39,324 nucleotides of DNA. Source: Myxococcota bacterium. GTDB taxonomy: Bacteria; Myxococcota; Myxococcia; Myxococcales; Myxococcaceae. Below the pieces are notes generated by a model, which did no database searches, was not told the DNA's origin, and saw only the letters and a program-made list of their open reading frames with translations. The stretch covers positions 107,180-146,503 of the forward strand of contig JBFMAB010000122.1 in NCBI GenBank assembly GCA_040755835.1. Direction: 5' to 3'. Below are positions 36,497 to 39,324 of this stretch, piece by piece (within the stretch, counting starts at the first letter, position 1; every line of letters begins with the position of its first letter). The position numbers and the translations under genes are program-made.

Positions 36497-37585
36497 ATGG
36501 CACCTCGTCGCGCGGCGTCCTCCAGCGTCTTCCCCGTCATCATGGCCGGCGGCAGCGGCACGCGCTTCTGGCCGCTCTCGCGCGCCGGGCGCCCCAAGCA
36601 GTTCCTCCCGCTGGCCACGAGGAAGCCGCTCATCGCCGAGACGCTGGCGCGCATGGCAGGCCTGGCCACGCCGAAGCAGACGCGCGTGGTGTGCGGCGCG
36701 GCGCACGCGAAGCTGGTGGTGAAGGCGCTGCCGGCGCTGCCGAAGGGCAACGTGCTGGTCGAGCCCATCGCGCGCAACACGGCGCCGGCCATCGCGTTGG
36801 CGACGGCGCACGTCGCGGCGGTGGACCTGCAAGGCGTCATCGTCGTGCTGCCGAGCGACCAGCACGTCGCCGACGTCAAGGCCTTCCAGCGGTCGATTTC
36901 GGAGACGGTGGCGGCGGCGCGTGAAGGGCACATCGTGACGCTGGGCATTCGGCCCACGCGGCCCGAGACGGGGTACGGCTACATCCGCGTCGGCGCGCCG
37001 CTGTCGGGGACGGCGCGGAAGGTGGCGGCCTTCGTCGAGAAGCCGGACGTGGTGAAGGCGAGAGGCTACCTCGCGGCGGGCGACTACCTGTGGAACGCGG
37101 GCATCTTCGTCTTTCGCGCGGACGTCATGCTGAGCGCCTTTGCGCAGCACATGCCGGAGCTCTCGCTGCGGCTCGACGTCATCCGCGCGGCGCTCGGCAC
37201 GAAGCGGGAGAAGGCGACGGTGGCGCGCGAGTTTCCGAAGTTGCCCAGCATCAGCATCGACTACGGCGTCGCCGAGAAGGCGTCGAACATCGCCGTGGTG
37301 CCGTCGGACTGCGGCTGGAGCGACGTGGGCAGCTTCAACGCGCTGTCCGACGTGCGGCCCACCGACGCGGACGGCAATGTGACGGAGGGCAAGCTGCCGC
37401 TCGTCATCGACTCGAAGGGCTGCGTGGTGCTGGGCGGCGACCGCCCGGTCGCGGTGGTGGGCATGACGGACGTCGTGGTGGTGGACGCCGGCGACGCGGT
37501 GCTGGTGCTGCCGAAGGACAAGAGCCAGGACGTGCGGAAGGTCGTCGAGGCGCTCAAGGCGAGGAAGCTGGCGCAGTACCTGTAG
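36497..37585 (+). CDS. manC: Mannose-1-phosphate guanylyltransferase (GDP-mannose pyrophosphorylase, ManC/CpsB-type nucleotidyltransferase domain)
   Basis: N-terminal PVIMAGGSGTRFWPLSR...KQFL motif and the nucleotidyltransferase core (GYGYIRVG...FVEKPD...YLWNAGIFVF). Confidence 0.8.
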   Translation: MAPRRAASSSVFPVIMAGGSGTRFWPLSRAGRPKQFLPLATRKPLIAETLARMAGLATPKQTRVVCGAAHAKLVVKALPALPKGNVLVEPIARNTAPAIALATAHVAAVDLQGVIVVLPSDQHVADVKAFQRSISETVAAAREGHIVTLGIRPTRPETGYGYIRVGAPLSGTARKVAAFVEKPDVVKARGYLAAGDYLWNAGIFVFRADVMLSAFAQHMPELSLRLDVIRAALGTKREKATVAREFPKLPSISIDYGVAEKASNIAVVPSDCGWSDVGSFNALSDVRPTDADGNVTEGKLPLVIDSKGCVVLGGDRPVAVVGMTDVVVVDAGDAVLVLPKDKSQDVRKVVEALKARKLAQYL

Positions 37586-37601
37586 CGCTCACCATTCCGC
37601 G

Positions 37602-38642
37602 TCAGCCCGCCCGCCTCGCGCGCAGCGCGGCCCAGTCGACGAGGTTGACCGTCTCCTTCGCGAGCGCCACCTCCAGCACCTCGCGCGGCTCCACCACGTC
37701 GCCGCCCACCTGGAACGGCATCGGCCGCGACAGGTGCAGCCGCACGCGCGTGACGAACCAGTCGTGCATGCCCGGCAGCTCGTCGCCGCGCCACAGCTTG
37801 AACATGTTGTTTACGCCGATGAGGACGTGCTGGTCGTACACGCGGAAGTTGAGCCGCCCTGGCACCGCGTGCGCGCGCGGAAACGCCTTGAAGGCCGCGC
37901 CCCAGTAGGGCTCGGTGCCGCAGGCCGCCACGGACATGGGCCCTTCGTAGAGCGTGCGTCCCTCCACCGGCACCGCGTGGCCATGCGCCCAGGTGAGCGC
38001 CGGCTCCCCGACGTTCTCCAGGCGCAGCTGCGTGCGGCCCTCGCGGTGGCGCCGCAGCTCCTCGGGTACGGTGATGCGGAACAGCGAGTACAGGTAGCCC
38101 CACACGCCCTTGCTGGCGTGCGCGGCGAGGCGGCTGCCGAGGAGCTGGTTCTCCCGCTTCTCCAGGTTGCGCTTGTAGTCGTGCAGCAGCGTCGCGTCCC
38201 AGCCGACGCCGGTGAAGTGGCACAGCCGGCCTTCCACCTCGATGAGGTGAAAGCGGCGCGTGGGCGGCGCGTGGGCGAGGCGCGGCAGCAGGGGCAGCGT
38301 CTTCTCGTAGCGCCGCGCGCCCACCGCGATGGGCCAGCCGTTGCCGGTGCCCAGCCGCAACAGGCCGATGGTGGGGAACTCCTTCGCGCCGGCCTCGCGC
38401 AGCAGGTTGAGCAGGGTGACGATGGTGCCGTCGCCGCCGCCGCACAGGAGCAGCCGCGGCGGGTGGCGCACCAGCTGGGCGGCGTGCTCGCGCGCCTCGT
38501 CGAAGGACGACGACGCGTAGATGCGCGCCTCGGGCAGCTCGCGGCGCAGCCCTTCCACGCGCGCCGGCGTCACGCGCTTGGCGCGTCCGTTGAACCAGGC
38601 AGCGACGTGGGCGCCCCGGCCGATGCTCTCGACGGCGGACAT
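37602..38642 (-). CDS. Diacylglycerol-kinase catalytic-domain family lipid kinase (YegS/BmrU-like)
   Basis: DAGK_cat motif LLLCGGGDGTIVTLLN and the downstream GxGxGN-like LRLGTGNGW. Confidence 0.75.
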   Translation of the reverse strand: MSAVESIGRGAHVAAWFNGRAKRVTPARVEGLRRELPEARIYASSSFDEAREHAAQLVRHPPRLLLCGGGDGTIVTLLNLLREAGAKEFPTIGLLRLGTGNGWPIAVGARRYEKTLPLLPRLAHAPPTRRFHLIEVEGRLCHFTGVGWDATLLHDYKRNLEKRENQLLGSRLAAHASKGVWGYLYSLFRITVPEELRRHREGRTQLRLENVGEPALTWAHGHAVPVEGRTLYEGPMSVAACGTEPYWGAAFKAFPRAHAVPGRLNFRVYDQHVLIGVNNMFKLWRGDELPGMHDWFVTRVRLHLSRPMPFQVGGDVVEPREVLEVALAKETVNLVDWAALRARRAG

Positions 38643-38699
38643 CGGGAGGCAGTTTGGCCGGAAACGGGGCCTGCGCGCACCGGGGAAGCGCGCCGTGCG

Positions 38700-38927
38700 A
38701 AGGGCGTTGTCATCGCCTCGCCGGAGTTCAATGGCAGCATCCCCCGTTCGCTGAAGAGCCTCCTCGACTGCGCCTCGCGGCCGCCGAGGGTTTCCCCGGA
38801 GCCTGTACCGTCTCGCGCGCCGAGGAGGCGTTCGACGAGGCGGGGCAGCTCAAAGGAAGAGCGGCAGCGGGCCAACCTCGCCGGCTTCCTCGACCGCTAC
38901 GTGGCCGAGCTGACGCTGCGCCCGTGA
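38700..38927 (+). pseudogene. Decayed remnant of an NAD(P)H-dependent FMN reductase gene
   Basis: Frame A reads KGVVIASPEFNGSIPRSLKSLLDCASRP, matching the conserved DAVxIATPEYNGSxPGxLKNAxDWLSRP block. Frame B (38654 ORF) reads ..TVSRAEEAFDEAGQL, matching the conserved ..AEEAFDEDGRL block. Frame A ends ..LAGFLDRYVAELTLRP, a C-terminal helix. About 75 N-terminal codons and about 60 internal codons are missing, and the frame shifts twice. Confidence 0.4.
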
Positions 38928-39324
38928 GCCGTTTGCACGTCATCCCGAGCGCCGTCGCTCACCGGTGATGCCCGGCCCCTGCGCGGCGGTGGCTTTCGGC
39001 GCCGGAGCCGCAGCCCTCCGTCGCGTCCTGCGCAGCTCCTCAGCCCAGGCGCAGCGCCCGGAGCAGCGCCGCGCGCAGCAGCGCGAGCGCCATGGCGCTG
39101 ATGCCGGCGGCGAGCAGCGTCTGATGGCCATCGAGCGTCTGGGAGCCGTCGCTCCACACCGTGCCCACGGGCGTCAGCCAGCTCACTGCCGGTTGCTCTG
39201 AAGAGCAGTCGAAAAATCAGGCCGTCCGCAACTTCGACTGATCGCGCTCGATCATGACGACGTGAGTCCGAGGGTCCGCACGAAGGAGCCGCAGCGAGAC
39301 CAGGGCTGGCTGTTTGTGCCGGCG

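Noticed and set aside
39181-39324. Possible tRNA or small RNA in the lower-GC 3' terminal segment
   Set aside because: No T-arm (GGTTCGANTCC-like) or cloverleaf could be drawn. Only an 8-bp hairpin was found, and it is reported under the GAAAAATCAGGC motif finding.
1-39324. CRISPR arrays, IS elements, integrases or phage genes
   Set aside because: No spaced direct repeats of CRISPR type, no transposase or integrase motifs (DDE, tyrosine recombinase RxxR...HxxR...Y) and no terminal inverted repeats were seen. The window looks like core chromosome with two decayed gene remnants.

Overview
This is a 39.3-kb, very high-GC (about 70%) chromosomal segment that looks bacterial and most likely comes from a myxobacterium (Myxococcota). 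The evidence is that Ser/Thr kinase, FHA, ECF sigma/FecR, MCP, PilZ, TolQ/TolR paralog and Cys-rich lipoprotein genes all occur together. Nearly every long antisense or alternate-frame ORF in the track is an Arg/Ala-rich GC artefact and was discarded. I support about 35 genes.

Genes called, in order along the window:
- partial 5' CDS
- amidase
- small secreted protein
- two translationally coupled GAF/PAS sensors (the first lacks an ATPase domain)
- MshEN (T2SSE_N) domain protein, divergent from a TolQ-TolR-TolR (Agl/Exb-like) motor module
- PEGA protein and a Pro-rich tandem-repeat protein
- Sfp-type PPTase
- a decayed cytochrome-c-peroxidase fragment
- MCP, ECF sigma and FecR anti-sigma, co-oriented
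- Ser/Thr kinase
- Cys-rich lipoprotein that looks frameshifted
- pseudouridine synthase
- DoxX protein
- FHA protein
- membrane-anchored MBL-fold/amidohydrolase fusion
- Cys-rich tandem-repeat lipoprotein
- DedA protein
- Lon-N domain protein
- START/SRPBCC protein
- metK
- a PilZ protein translationally coupled to uppP
- Nudix CoA-pyrophosphatase-like protein
- coiled-coil membrane protein
- STAND-like NTPase with TPR repeats
- sthA
- HD-domain (p)ppGpp-hydrolase-like protein
- mannose-1-phosphate guanylyltransferase
- DAGK-family lipid kinase
- a decayed FMN-reductase remnant

I found no tRNA, rRNA, CRISPR array, IS element or integrase.

The most system-like candidate is a c-di-GMP-linked envelope motor locus. 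It consists of the MshEN receptor, a TolQR-type proton channel with no TolA/TonB partner, and PEGA and Pro-rich accessory proteins. The split sensor pair and the PilZ-uppP coupling are the next most interesting. All calls rest on motif recognition by eye, because no searches could be run.
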